Below are positions 51,535-61,387 of a stretch of 64,000 nucleotides of DNA, piece after piece; position 1 is the first letter of the stretch, and each line of letters starts with the position of its first letter. The DNA comes from an uncultured candidate division Zixibacteria bacterium (GTDB taxonomy: Bacteria; Zixibacteria; MSB-5A5; UBA10806; 4484-95), in NCBI GenBank assembly GCA_963668625.2, contig CAXXKA010000010.1, positions 320,001 through 384,000 on the forward strand, written 5' to 3'. The notes under the pieces were generated by a model. The model worked only from the letters and a program-made list of their open reading frames with translations, made no database searches and had not been told where the DNA came from. A program made the translations under genes and the position numbers.

Positions 51535-52860
51535 ATGGCAAACATCATCGTAGTTGATGATGATAAGGTACTGCGCAAGAATCTAGCGTTTTATATTCGA
51601 AGCCAGGGTTACGATGTTGATGTTGCTGAATCTGGCGAGGAAGCGGTTGAATTGGCAAAAAGCCGATTCTACGATATCGTTATCACAGATATCAGAATGG
51701 CTAAGATGTCCGGTTTCGAGCTGATGAAGAACGTCAAGAAGATTCATCCAGGCTCCGAAGTGATTCTTGTGACCGGTTACGGTAATATTCCCATGGCGGT
51801 TGATGCTATTCAGGGAGGCGCCGCTGATTTTATCTGCAAACCATTCGAGTTTGGCAGTTTGCTTTCACGAATCGAAAAAATCCTTAGACGCAGAGAACAG
51901 AATGTCGTTTCGGATGAGGATAAATACGATAGAATAATTACGAAATCTCAGAAAATGCAGGATGTTCTCGACCTGATCGCCAAAGCCTCGATGGCCGAGG
52001 TGGCCGTGTTGATCGAGGGCGAAACCGGCACCGGCAAGGAACTGGTTGCGCGGGCGGTTCATTCACGCTCGAATCGCAAAGATCAGCCGTTCATGGTTGT
52101 CGAATGTTATACGGGTAGCGAGGATGATTTGAGTCGCGAGCTTTTCGGCCAGTGGCTCGATCCATCCAGTGAATACTCCGGTATGATCGTTCGCGCCAAT
52201 GGCGGATCGCTTTTCATAAAGGATATCGATAATCTTTCACCCGCGCTGCAAACCAGGTTGTTAAGGTTCAGCCAGGATGGATTTTTTACCATACCCGAGA
52301 AGAACCAGAAAATCAAATCCAGTGTCAGGTTGATTTGCTCGAGCACCAAGAGTATCAAACGCCTGACCTCTATGGGTAATTTCCGTGAGGATCTGTTCTA
52401 CGCGATTAATATCATGCCGATTTACCTGCCGGCTCTACGTAACCGTATCGCCGATATTTTCCCGCTGGTGAATCATTTCATGGAAAAATATAGCGTCAAG
52501 TTCGATAAAGATATTAAAGCCATCTCGCCGGATATACTTGCCTGGATGCAGACATACCAGTGGCCGGGCAATGTCGCCGAGTTGGAAAATATTATCGCCA
52601 GAGCTTGCGCGCTCTCTACCAGTGACGTCATCGACGAATCGTTGGTATTTACCCTGCCGAAAGACCGTCCCGCCTCGGAGGAAGGCCCTGGATATCTCAA
52701 CGTTACCTTGAAAGACAACCAGAAAACCTTGATCCTCAAGGCGCTCAAGCAGAATAATGGTAATTACACCAGAACCGCCCAGCAACTGGGTATTTCCCGT
52801 ACCACGCTCTGGCGGCGCATGAAGAAATTCAAAATAGATGAAAAGGCTGTTGCCGTTTAG
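51535..52860 (+). CDS. NtrC-like response regulator (REC-AAA-Fis HTH) with atypical AAA domain
   Basis: VVDDD...ITDIRM receiver, GETGTGKE Walker A, WPGNV, LGISRTTLWRRM HTH; GAFTGA absent. Confidence 0.88.
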   Translation: MANIIVVDDDKVLRKNLAFYIRSQGYDVDVAESGEEAVELAKSRFYDIVITDIRMAKMSGFELMKNVKKIHPGSEVILVTGYGNIPMAVDAIQGGAADFICKPFEFGSLLSRIEKILRRREQNVVSDEDKYDRIITKSQKMQDVLDLIAKASMAEVAVLIEGETGTGKELVARAVHSRSNRKDQPFMVVECYTGSEDDLSRELFGQWLDPSSEYSGMIVRANGGSLFIKDIDNLSPALQTRLLRFSQDGFFTIPEKNQKIKSSVRLICSSTKSIKRLTSMGNFREDLFYAINIMPIYLPALRNRIADIFPLVNHFMEKYSVKFDKDIKAISPDILAWMQTYQWPGNVAELENIIARACALSTSDVIDESLVFTLPKDRPASEEGPGYLNVTLKDNQKTLILKALKQNNGNYTRTAQQLGISRTTLWRRMKKFKIDEKAVAV

Positions 52861-52883
52861 ATAAATATAACATTCGATTTCTT

Positions 52884-52920
52884 AACCGGGCTGTGTGAAT
52901 TCGCGGCCCGGTTTTATTTT
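52884..52920 (+). terminator. Intrinsic terminator
   Basis: AACCGGGCTGTG...CGCGGCCCGGTT followed by a T-rich tail. Confidence 0.7.
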
Positions 52921-52979
52921 GAATTTATCCGTAATACTATTGTATATAGTTATAGAAACATAAGTGAAAGAGGTTAAGT

Positions 52980-53192
52980 ATGCCGCATCTTAATTTTGTT
53001 TGTCCGAAATGTTCCAGCACTCAATACGAGGTCGGTGAGTTTCGCGCAGCCAGTGGTTTCTGGACCAAGATTTTCGATGTTCAAAGCGCGCGGTTTTCTA
53101 CGGTGACCTGCAGGAAATGCCGCTATACGGAAATATATAAAGCTGACAGTAGTACGCTTGGGAATATATTCGATTTCATAACGAATGGTTGA
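52980..53192 (+). CDS. Zinc-ribbon protein (DUF2082/YpzJ-like)
   Basis: CPKC...KIFDVQ...TCRKCRYTEIY...NIFDF. Confidence 0.8.
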   Translation: MPHLNFVCPKCSSTQYEVGEFRAASGFWTKIFDVQSARFSTVTCRKCRYTEIYKADSSTLGNIFDFITNG

Positions 53193-53380
53193 TAAAACTC
53201 CTCGGCACGAAGCGATATGGTTTTTGCTTATTCCTGGTTTCCGCCACTCGGGAGGCTGACCGTGTTACTATGGGCGGCTGTTATATCAAACAAAAATATA
53301 GGGGCGTTCCAGCGAACGTCCCTACATTTAGCTTATTATTCATTCGAGATCGTTATTACGTGTCACCCCGATATGTTTAA

Positions 53381-53872
53381 CTATTCATCCTCTATCGTGA
53401 ATTCCCATTTGCACCAGTACTCGCCATTGAAATCATCGGGCGGGCAGCGATGACATTTCGTTTTGATTCGCGGATCTATTGTTTGCGCGAAAGTAGTATA
53501 TTCCACGATACCGACCGATTTGCAGGGAAACGGTTTGAGATTTTTTCTATGACGGGCGTTCTGGACGCGGCAGGCGTTCATCTGAAAGACAGCGTGTTTG
53601 TCATCCTGCTCGATGACCTCCTGTTGGTTTATCTGCTCGTATAGTCTCTCATCCAGGGCCTTAATGAGCGCGGGTATACCGCCGCCCGGTTCGATGCCCA
53701 GCCTTTTCATGATACGCTTGGCCTCTATAGGCGAGAACCGTGACCAGGCCTCGGTATCCATCTCGATAGCGGCATCTATGCCATATTTTTTCTCGATCGC
53801 CTGAAACCATAATCCATCATGTGCCAGCCAGAGCTTAGCGAAATCCAATAATTTTTGATCTTTGATATCCAT
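53381..53872 (-). CDS. DUF6125 / ATC-hydrolase-like (V4R-related) protein
   Basis: WLAHDGLWF, CRVQNAR, PCKSVG, CPPD...WCKWEF. Confidence 0.7.
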   Translation of the reverse strand: MDIKDQKLLDFAKLWLAHDGLWFQAIEKKYGIDAAIEMDTEAWSRFSPIEAKRIMKRLGIEPGGGIPALIKALDERLYEQINQQEVIEQDDKHAVFQMNACRVQNARHRKNLKPFPCKSVGIVEYTTFAQTIDPRIKTKCHRCPPDDFNGEYWCKWEFTIEDE

Positions 53873-53913
53873 GCTTGCCTCAATTTCTAATGCATTATAA
53901 TTGTTGCGTTTTA

Positions 53914-54882
53914 TCAGCTATTGTCGCGAAGTTTCTCCAGGTCGGCATCCACCATGATTTTTACCATCTCCTCGAAACTTGTCCTGGGACGCCAACCGAG
54001 TGTTTTCTCGGCATATGAGGGATCACCCAAGAGAACATCCACCTCCGCCGGTCGTACGAATCTCGGATCGACTGTCACATAGTCGTTGTAGTCGAGATCT
54101 ACATGGCCGAACGCTTGTTCGCAAAAATCTCGTACCGAGTGATTCTTTCCGGTGGCCATCACGTAGTTATCGGGTTTATCATGCTGAAGCATCATCCACA
54201 TACCCTGAACGTAATCGGGCGCGTAACCCCAGTCACGTTTGGCATCGAGATTACCCAGCGCCAGTTTATCGGTTAGTCCGAGCTTTATCATGGCCGCGCC
54301 GTGTGTGATCTTGCGGGTAACGAATTCAAGTCCTCGGCGGGGTGACTCGTGGTTGAACAGGATGCCTGATACGCCGAATATATCGTAGCTTTCGCGATAA
54401 TTCACGGTGATGAAATGGCCGTACACTTTAGCTACGCCATAAGGCGAACGAGGGTAGAACGGGGTCGTCTCTTTCTGCGGCACCTCGACCACCTTGCCGA
54501 ACATCTCCGAGGACGAGGCCTGGTAGAATTTGATTTTGGGGTTAACGTGACGGATTGCCTCGAGGATTTTTGCCACGCCCAGGCCGGTGAATTCGCCGGT
54601 CAACAGCGGTTGACGCCAGCTGGTGGGGACGAACGACTGCGCCGCCAGGTTGTAGACCTCATCGGGTTTGCATTCCTCCAGAAGCTCAACCATCGAGAGC
54701 TGATCCAGCAGATCGGCGTAGCTAAGGGTGATTTTATCTTTAATATGTTCAATACGTTCGAAATTTTCGGTGGAGGCGCGGCGGACCATCCCCCAAACCT
54801 CGTAACCTTTTTCCAGAAGGAACTCGGCTAAATACGATCCATCCTGGCCGGTTATACCCGTAATTAGTGCTTTCATTTTCAC
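53914..54882 (-). CDS. gmd: GDP-mannose 4,6-dehydratase
   Basis: [49 protein letters not shown]. Confidence 0.96.
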   Translation of the reverse strand: MKMKALITGITGQDGSYLAEFLLEKGYEVWGMVRRASTENFERIEHIKDKITLSYADLLDQLSMVELLEECKPDEVYNLAAQSFVPTSWRQPLLTGEFTGLGVAKILEAIRHVNPKIKFYQASSSEMFGKVVEVPQKETTPFYPRSPYGVAKVYGHFITVNYRESYDIFGVSGILFNHESPRRGLEFVTRKITHGAAMIKLGLTDKLALGNLDAKRDWGYAPDYVQGMWMMLQHDKPDNYVMATGKNHSVRDFCEQAFGHVDLDYNDYVTVDPRFVRPAEVDVLLGDPSYAEKTLGWRPRTSFEEMVKIMVDADLEKLRDNS

Positions 54883-55126
54883 CTCTTTCGTTTGAGGTAA
54901 GATATATTTCCAGGTAGGGGTATGTCAATCGTATTATGGCCGTGATATAAAGCGTTTAAGTATTGATTGAATTCTGTGGTCGTTATTGCCCCTGCTGAAA
55001 TATTATCTATGGCAGTACCAGGCGGGGATGTCTGATAACCAAATAAAATTTTCTCGAATACGATTTCTATTGCCGGCTAAAACCTTTCTATTGATATTTG
55101 TTATACAAAATAATTATATTAATATT

Positions 55127-56014
55127 ATGGATAAAATCAACCTTAAAGTGCCGGCCAAGATCAATCTTTTCCTGCGTGTGTTGGATAAACGTTCCGATGG
55201 CTATCACAATATCGATAGTGTGATGCAGACGATTAATTTGTATGATGATCTCACGCTGGAAAAATCAGATAATCTCGAACTGATTTGCGAGGATTTACCC
55301 AACCTTCCAGCGGAAAGTAACCTGGCCTATAAAGCGGCTGAGATTGTATCTCAACAAGCCTATATCCCCGGCGTTAAGATAGTTCTGAAAAAGGCCATAC
55401 CCTCGGGCGCCGGTTTAGGTGGCGGTTCGGCGGATGCCGCATTCGTGATTCGCGGTTTAATGAGTTTATACAAGTTAAACCTGGATATCGATCAACTCCT
55501 TGATATGTCAACGAGTCTTGGAGCGGATGTTCCTTTTTTCCTCGGGCGCGGTCAGGCTCGGGTAGGCGGAATCGGCAATATTATGCAGGATATAAGGCTG
55601 CCGTTATCATACCGTATATTAGTAGTAAAACCTCCCTTTTCTGTTGACACATCAACAGCTTACGTGGGACTTGACAGGCTGAGGGAAGGCAAATTTTCCT
55701 TGACAAATGATCGAAAAAATACTTTATTACATAGGAATTTAACGGACCATGACTTTGTCCGAATTGCCAAGACATTTATAAACGACCTGGAGGAGATAGT
55801 TTTTTCCTGGTATAGCGAACTTATCCAGGTAAAGAAGTATCTGCTTGATGCTGGTGCTTTCCATGCCGGTATGTCCGGTTCTGGATCATCGGTGTTTGGG
55901 CTTTTTACTCCAGATAACAGAATTGATGAAACAGCGAGGAGGTTAACCGAAAATAACTATCTTGTATTCAATTGCAAGCCGGTGCTGCTCCCGCCGGCAA
56001 GCATAAGTAATTGA
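55127..56014 (+). CDS. ispE: 4-diphosphocytidyl-2-C-methyl-D-erythritol kinase
   Basis: PAKINLFL, GYHNI, IPSGAGLGGGSADAA, GADVPFF, MSGSGSSVFG; start moved to the ATG at 55127. Confidence 0.95.
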   Translation: MDKINLKVPAKINLFLRVLDKRSDGYHNIDSVMQTINLYDDLTLEKSDNLELICEDLPNLPAESNLAYKAAEIVSQQAYIPGVKIVLKKAIPSGAGLGGGSADAAFVIRGLMSLYKLNLDIDQLLDMSTSLGADVPFFLGRGQARVGGIGNIMQDIRLPLSYRILVVKPPFSVDTSTAYVGLDRLREGKFSLTNDRKNTLLHRNLTDHDFVRIAKTFINDLEEIVFSWYSELIQVKKYLLDAGAFHAGMSGSGSSVFGLFTPDNRIDETARRLTENNYLVFNCKPVLLPPASISN

Positions 56015-56054
56015 GGGCAAATTGGAGCAAATAGCAGATCCGAGGGGAGGACCT

Positions 56055-56330
56055 GTGGAAATCACCGAGGTCAAACTGACTCTGAGAAATGAAGAAAAGC
56101 TGAAAGGATTTGCCAATATAACTTTTGATAATGCTTTTGTCATCAGAGGATTGAAAATCATCAACGGCTCGAAAGGTTTATTTATCTCGATGCCATCGAA
56201 GAGACGCTCCGATGGGACTTTCCAGGATATCGCGCATCCAATAAACCCGGATATGCGCAAAAGGATTGAGGAAATAGTACTCGATGCTTATAATTCGGAA
56301 GCTAGAGACCACCAGGAGTCGGCAACGTAA
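56055..56330 (+). CDS. spoVG: SpoVG family protein
   Basis: EITEVK...ANITFDNAFVIRGLKII...GLFISMPS...FQDIAHPIN; GGAGG before the GTG at 56055. Confidence 0.93.
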   Translation: MEITEVKLTLRNEEKLKGFANITFDNAFVIRGLKIINGSKGLFISMPSKRRSDGTFQDIAHPINPDMRKRIEEIVLDAYNSEARDHQESAT

Positions 56331-56473
56331 AAGAATTGGCAACTGACCACAGCAATAAAAACTGGGTTAATCTCGTTTACAGGCTTATTATCCAAATAAG
56401 TCGTAAAGATTATAATTCATACCTGATGTTTTATTAATCTTGTTTTAAAGATACGTTTCATATACATTTAAGT

Positions 56474-57265
56474 ATGCTTGATATCAGAAAATCGTGGGAT
56501 AAAATCACAAATTTATATCTCCAAAAATACCCGATTATGAATGATACCATTCATTACGGACCGCTCTGTCCCGGCGAAAACAAATTGAACCTTCTGGGAG
56601 ATATAAAAGGTTTAAAAGCTATAGACCTGGGATGCGGCGCAGGGCAGAACGTTGTTGCGATGGCCAAAGCCGGCGCGACTGTCACCGGTGTCGATTTTTC
56701 AATAAATCAACTGACACAGGCAAAAGTATTGGCCAAAAATGAAAACATAAGAGCTGAATTTATCGAATCGAATATGAATGCCTTGCCTATGCTGGCCGAT
56801 CAATCTTTCGATATCGTTTTGACGGCTTGCGCTATCGCTTTCGTGAAAGAGCTCGAAAGCACACTTGAAGAGGTGTACAGAATTCTCGAGCCGGGGGGAA
56901 GGTTTATACTAGCGGTTATGCATCCCACGCAATATATTATAGATGGCGAAGAGGGGACCATGTATTTCAATTCGACATATCCGTTTAAGCCTCGAGTTTT
57001 GAAATGGAGCTGGGATTTTAAAGAGGCCTCGATTCCGTTTCAACATTACCTGCGTTCGGTGGCGGAATATCACAACGCGATTTCGGATGCCGGATTGAGA
57101 GTCAGTAAAATTGTCGAGCCTAAACCATACACGGGTTCGCCGCATGTTGGAATCTCAAAGGAGATAATGAGCGATTACCCTTATATCGCCAATCATTTAC
57201 CTGTTACGTTAATTATGCTGGCACATAAAGATCCATCGTCAACGATTGGAGAGCGTGATGGATAA
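56474..57265 (+). CDS. Class I SAM-dependent methyltransferase
   Basis: IDLGCGAG, GVDFS, SFDIV, RILEPGGRF. Confidence 0.88.
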   Translation: MLDIRKSWDKITNLYLQKYPIMNDTIHYGPLCPGENKLNLLGDIKGLKAIDLGCGAGQNVVAMAKAGATVTGVDFSINQLTQAKVLAKNENIRAEFIESNMNALPMLADQSFDIVLTACAIAFVKELESTLEEVYRILEPGGRFILAVMHPTQYIIDGEEGTMYFNSTYPFKPRVLKWSWDFKEASIPFQHYLRSVAEYHNAISDAGLRVSKIVEPKPYTGSPHVGISKEIMSDYPYIANHLPVTLIMLAHKDPSSTIGERDG

Positions 57266-57743
57266 AACGAATTATCTGAAATACTGGCAAATTGTCAGGC
57301 TGATGACAATAAAGCTTTTGGATGAGTTTCCGGCCGACTCGTTCGATTACAGGCCGGCTCCCGAAATAATGACTGTCTCGCAAATTTTCAAACATGTCCT
57401 GCAGGTGGAGGTATACATACGTGAGGGTTTTTTAACCAAGGAATGGAAAGACCCCGAGACTATCAGCAGCAATATGTTCGAAAAGGAGATGCTGAAAGAC
57501 CGTCTGAAATTGGAAAACGAGAAAACAGTAAAGCTCTTAGCCGAGTTGCCTGAGGGATATTTCCTCAAAAAGCGAGAGACGCCATTCGGCAACCTCACCG
57601 GCGAGCTTATTATAATGGTGGCAATCGATGAGGAGATTCACCATCGCGGGAACCTCTATACGTACCTCAGATGTCTGGGGATTACGCCGCCGCAAATGAT
57701 ACAAAAATATGTCGAGATTTTAAAGGAGACCGAGGATGTTTGA
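57258..57743 (+). CDS. DinB family protein
   Basis: YRPAPEIMT...KHV, EEIHHRGNLYTYLRCLGITPP. Confidence 0.85.
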   Translation: MDKTNYLKYWQIVRLMTIKLLDEFPADSFDYRPAPEIMTVSQIFKHVLQVEVYIREGFLTKEWKDPETISSNMFEKEMLKDRLKLENEKTVKLLAELPEGYFLKKRETPFGNLTGELIIMVAIDEEIHHRGNLYTYLRCLGITPPQMIQKYVEILKETEDV

Positions 57744-58959
57744 TAAACTCACCGCCAAGATAGACAGCTATAAACAGAGCGTTATCGATATACAGAAGCT
57801 ATTGGTTTCGGTGCCGGCGCTGGCCCCGGAAAATGACGGCGACGGCGAGGATTTGAAAGCGAAAGCGTTGATGGAGTACCTCAAGAAAGAGGGATTCCCC
57901 GAACCCATTAATTATCCCGCTCCCGATGACAGGGTAAGCTCGGGTGAAAGACCGAATCTCGTTTATCGTATAAAGGGCGAGGATTCCTCCAGGGCAATCT
58001 GGATTATGGCGCATACCGATGTCGTACCGGAAGGTGATCTAAATAAATGGGAATCCGATCCGTTCGAGCTTAAAGTCGATGGCGACAAGCTGATCGGTCG
58101 CGGTGTGGAGGATAACCATCAGGGGCTGGTAGCCGCTTACCTGACCGGCAAAGCCTTCATCGAGACCGGCATGAAACCCAAATACGACCTGTGCCTGTTA
58201 TTCGTGGCCGATGAGGAAGTCGGTTCTAAATTCGGGATCGGCTATATGCTGGAACATCACGATATTTTCGGTAAGGATGATTTGATACTGGTACCCGATT
58301 CGGGTGATGAATCCGGCGCCAATGTCGAGGTCGCGGAAAAATCGATTGTCTGGCTGAAAGTATCCACCAAGGGCAAACAGTGTCACGGCTCCCGTCCCGA
58401 CCAGGGCAAAAACGCGTTTCGCGCCGCCTCCAACCTGGTGGTGAAACTCGAGGATCTGTATAAAGAGTTCGACGCTAAAGACGAGCTGTTCGAGCCAGCT
58501 ATCTCGACATTCGAGCCGACCAAGAAAGAGGCTAATGTGCCCAATGTCAATACCATCCCCGGTGATGACGTTTTCTATATCGACTGCCGCGTGCTGCCTA
58601 CTTACAAGCTTCAGGACGTGCAGGATAAGATCAGGCAGTGGGCCGATGAGATCGAGAAGAAGTACGATGTCAAGATGACTATCAGCCATCTGCAGCGAGC
58701 TGAGGCCGCCCCGCCGACAGCGGTGGATGCCCCGGTGGTGGTCGCCCTGATGGCCGGTATCAAAGAAGTCTACAAGGTAGATCCCAGGCCGATCGGTATA
58801 GGCGGCGGTACGGTAGCGGCACTGTTCCGCAATCGCGGATATGGCGCAGCCGTCTGGGCGAAGATATTCGAGTCGGCGCATCAACCTAACGAGTATGCGT
58901 TGATTTCGAATACTATTGGTGACGCCAAGGTTTTCGCGCATGTTTGCGTGAACGCGTAA
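57736..58959 (+). CDS. M20 family metallohydrolase (DapE/ArgE-like)
   Basis: MAHTDVVP, GRGVEDN, ADEEVGS, GKQCHGS, AHQPNE. Confidence 0.9.
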   Translation: MFDKLTAKIDSYKQSVIDIQKLLVSVPALAPENDGDGEDLKAKALMEYLKKEGFPEPINYPAPDDRVSSGERPNLVYRIKGEDSSRAIWIMAHTDVVPEGDLNKWESDPFELKVDGDKLIGRGVEDNHQGLVAAYLTGKAFIETGMKPKYDLCLLFVADEEVGSKFGIGYMLEHHDIFGKDDLILVPDSGDESGANVEVAEKSIVWLKVSTKGKQCHGSRPDQGKNAFRAASNLVVKLEDLYKEFDAKDELFEPAISTFEPTKKEANVPNVNTIPGDDVFYIDCRVLPTYKLQDVQDKIRQWADEIEKKYDVKMTISHLQRAEAAPPTAVDAPVVVALMAGIKEVYKVDPRPIGIGGGTVAALFRNRGYGAAVWAKIFESAHQPNEYALISNTIGDAKVFAHVCVNA

Positions 58960-59140
58960 AGATTTTACTTGACCGTAATTGATTGATATATATATAATTA
59001 TAAGAAATTAGCGAAATATGCATGGTTAACCGTGCATAATTAACTGTTTTGGTGTAACTGGTATTAAATCAATATGTTATGGGCAGTAAATAAGAATATT
59101 TAACATATAAAGAGAATCCAATTCTACAGGATTGAAGATA

Positions 59141-59791
59141 ATGAAGGTATCCTTTTCATATTTGCTTGTGTTACCAGTGTTATTAGTCCTTACGTATTTA
59201 GCAGGGATATTTTTTCCAGATTTAGCAGAACATTTAAAGGGATTAGAAGGTTTTGCTAGCTTGCTTATTGTAGTTTTAACTGCTGTATATGTTTTTTTTA
59301 CAGGCTTAATGGTACAGCAGATGATAAAAGCACAAGCCGACGAAAGAAGACCATACATTATTGCAGATTTTAATATTCAACACCCTCATGTGTGGTTTGT
59401 TGTGAAAAATATTGGTAGGCTTCCTGCGCTTAATCTAACAATAATAATCGATCCTGAGTTAATTGCTTTAAGGAAAAGTAATCTATCCCAAAAAGTATTT
59501 TCAACGCCATTTAAATTTTTCCCACCCGGAAAAGAATTTAGAACTTTTATTAATGCTGCATACGATTTCTTAGATGAATCACAGCCGGATAATTATACAA
59601 TCTCAATTAGCTATAATTGGCTTGGGCATAAAGAATTTGTAGCTGAAGAAATACATATAAATCTTGATGCATATAAGCATGCTATAACCGTTAATCAAAA
59701 TACCATTCACGATCTAACTAACGAGTTAATAGCGTTAAAAAAAGAGATTTCATCTATTGAAGGAAGTATAAAAAAAATAGCAAATCGATAG
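59141..59791 (+). CDS. Hypothetical membrane-anchored protein in an AT-rich islet
   Basis: Two N-terminal TM segments, RPYII...VKNIGRLPALNL; AT-rich DNA. Confidence 0.65.
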   Translation: MKVSFSYLLVLPVLLVLTYLAGIFFPDLAEHLKGLEGFASLLIVVLTAVYVFFTGLMVQQMIKAQADERRPYIIADFNIQHPHVWFVVKNIGRLPALNLTIIIDPELIALRKSNLSQKVFSTPFKFFPPGKEFRTFINAAYDFLDESQPDNYTISISYNWLGHKEFVAEEIHINLDAYKHAITVNQNTIHDLTNELIALKKEISSIEGSIKKIANR

Positions 59792-59792
59792 G

Positions 59793-60725
59793 TCAATTAT
59801 CAATCAAGTACCAAACACAAAATAGTTTTTTATTATAGAAATTAAGAAATGTATAAAACAAATTGCCATCATCCATTCCAACCTTACCAAATTTGTAATT
59901 AAACACATCAGGTATTAAGTTGTCAAAAATGGGGATTTTTAATAAAAACTCAATATATCCTCGTATAATTTGATTACTCCAATTAAAATCATCAACTATC
60001 ACTAGTGTCCGGTCTTTTCATCTCGTTGCGAAGCGCTGCTTCGCAACGTGGCTTGTTTGCCGGCAGAATGTGCATTCTACATGATTCAAGAAGGTTTCCA
60101 AGCAGCGCTTGGAAACCAGAAAACCAAGCCTAACATCGGCAGGATATGTCAGGATGAATGATACGCTGAATAAAATAATTATATCGGAAAATATTTTTCA
60201 TTAACAATTCCAAGGAGAAATTTAAAATTTAACGAAAAACACCGGACACTAGTGATCAACTATAAATGGTGAAACCCCATGAGGAAATTTAAAATCTCTA
60301 TTACCAAAGTGATGAAATAATATTGCTTTCGATATGGAATCTAATATTGGATTTACCCTATTATACTCACCTTTAATTACCTTGTGATTACCTAGAAAAA
60401 TCCCCGAAGGACTAAATAATTTGTTATCGCTTATCATGTTTCTTAATCCTCCTTTAATAGATGGATTATATAAAAACGACTTTGTTACTTTATTATTATA
60501 GATTTCCAATGCTTCCTTATTGTAGTGCGCTGAAGCAGTGACTATCCAATTACGAAAGTATTCTATGTCTTTCGAGTCACCATTATTACATTCTTTACAT
60601 GATGGTACTATAATTAGCTTGCCCCTGTTTTCATTTGTCACTAAGCATTTTGGAGGGATGTGTTCTTTTGTTTTTGTCGTATTGTCTAACTCACACCCAC
60701 ATTTATAACAAATATCTTTCCTCAT
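59793..60725 (-). pseudogene. HNH-like endonuclease gene interrupted by MITE copy 4
   Basis: CYKCG...TKEHIPPK...VPSCKECN; removing 60000-60254 and one TSD fuses ...GVSPFIVD with DFNWSNQ... in frame (222 aa). Confidence 0.88.
60000..60254. mobile_element. MITE family A, copy 4 (255 bp)
   Basis: Perfect 14-bp TIRs; 9-bp TSD ATCAACTAT at 59991-59999 and 60255-60263; one substitution vs copy 1 by eye. Confidence 0.96.
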
Positions 60726-60794
60726 GATTAAAATATAGTTATAAATCGTAGGATGGTAAATGAAAATATTATTTAGAATATATGGAGGTAAACA

Positions 60795-61208
60795 ATGAAA
60801 TCACACACATACTATCACATATTCCAAACACAGAAGAAACGCGAGTACATTCGGGTAACCGATATCGTCGAGGAACAACTGGCTAAATCAGGTATCAAAG
60901 AGGGGCTGTGCTTAGTCAGCGCTATGCATATAACCGCAGCCGTGTATGTCAATGATGCCGAAAGCGGACTTTTGCAGGATATCGAGGAATGGCTGCAGAA
61001 ATTAGCCCCCGAGGGTCCGGATTATAATCATCACAGAACCGGTGAAGTGAACGGTGACGCTCACCTGAAAAATTTGCTATTGCACAATCAAACCATGCTG
61101 CCGGTAACCGATGGTAAACTCGATCTAGGCCCGTGGCAAGAGATCTACTACGCCGAATTCGACGGTCGTCGTAAGAAACGAATGATAGTAAAAATCATCG
61201 GTGAATAG
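60795..61208 (+). CDS. yjbQ: YjbQ/UPF0047 family protein
   Basis: [36 protein letters not shown]. Confidence 0.88.
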   Translation: MKSHTYYHIFQTQKKREYIRVTDIVEEQLAKSGIKEGLCLVSAMHITAAVYVNDAESGLLQDIEEWLQKLAPEGPDYNHHRTGEVNGDAHLKNLLLHNQTMLPVTDGKLDLGPWQEIYYAEFDGRRKKRMIVKIIGE

Positions 61209-61387
61209 TTCCAATTGTTAATTGCTTATTGGCGTACTATTATGTATGGTGATGATAATAAGGATGTTTCAGTTGTTTTTTTGTTGATCATTATTGTCAT
61301 GTTATTCTAATTAGTTAACACTATTATCCGATAATCTTGATAAAAGATTAATTGAAAGAAACAATATGCACTTTTTAGGAGGGAAGC

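Noticed and set aside
34533-58941. Long antisense ORFs (34533..35249, 36593..37396, 58198..58941)
   Set aside because: Each lies wholly opposite a well-supported gene and has no recognisable motif; shadow ORFs
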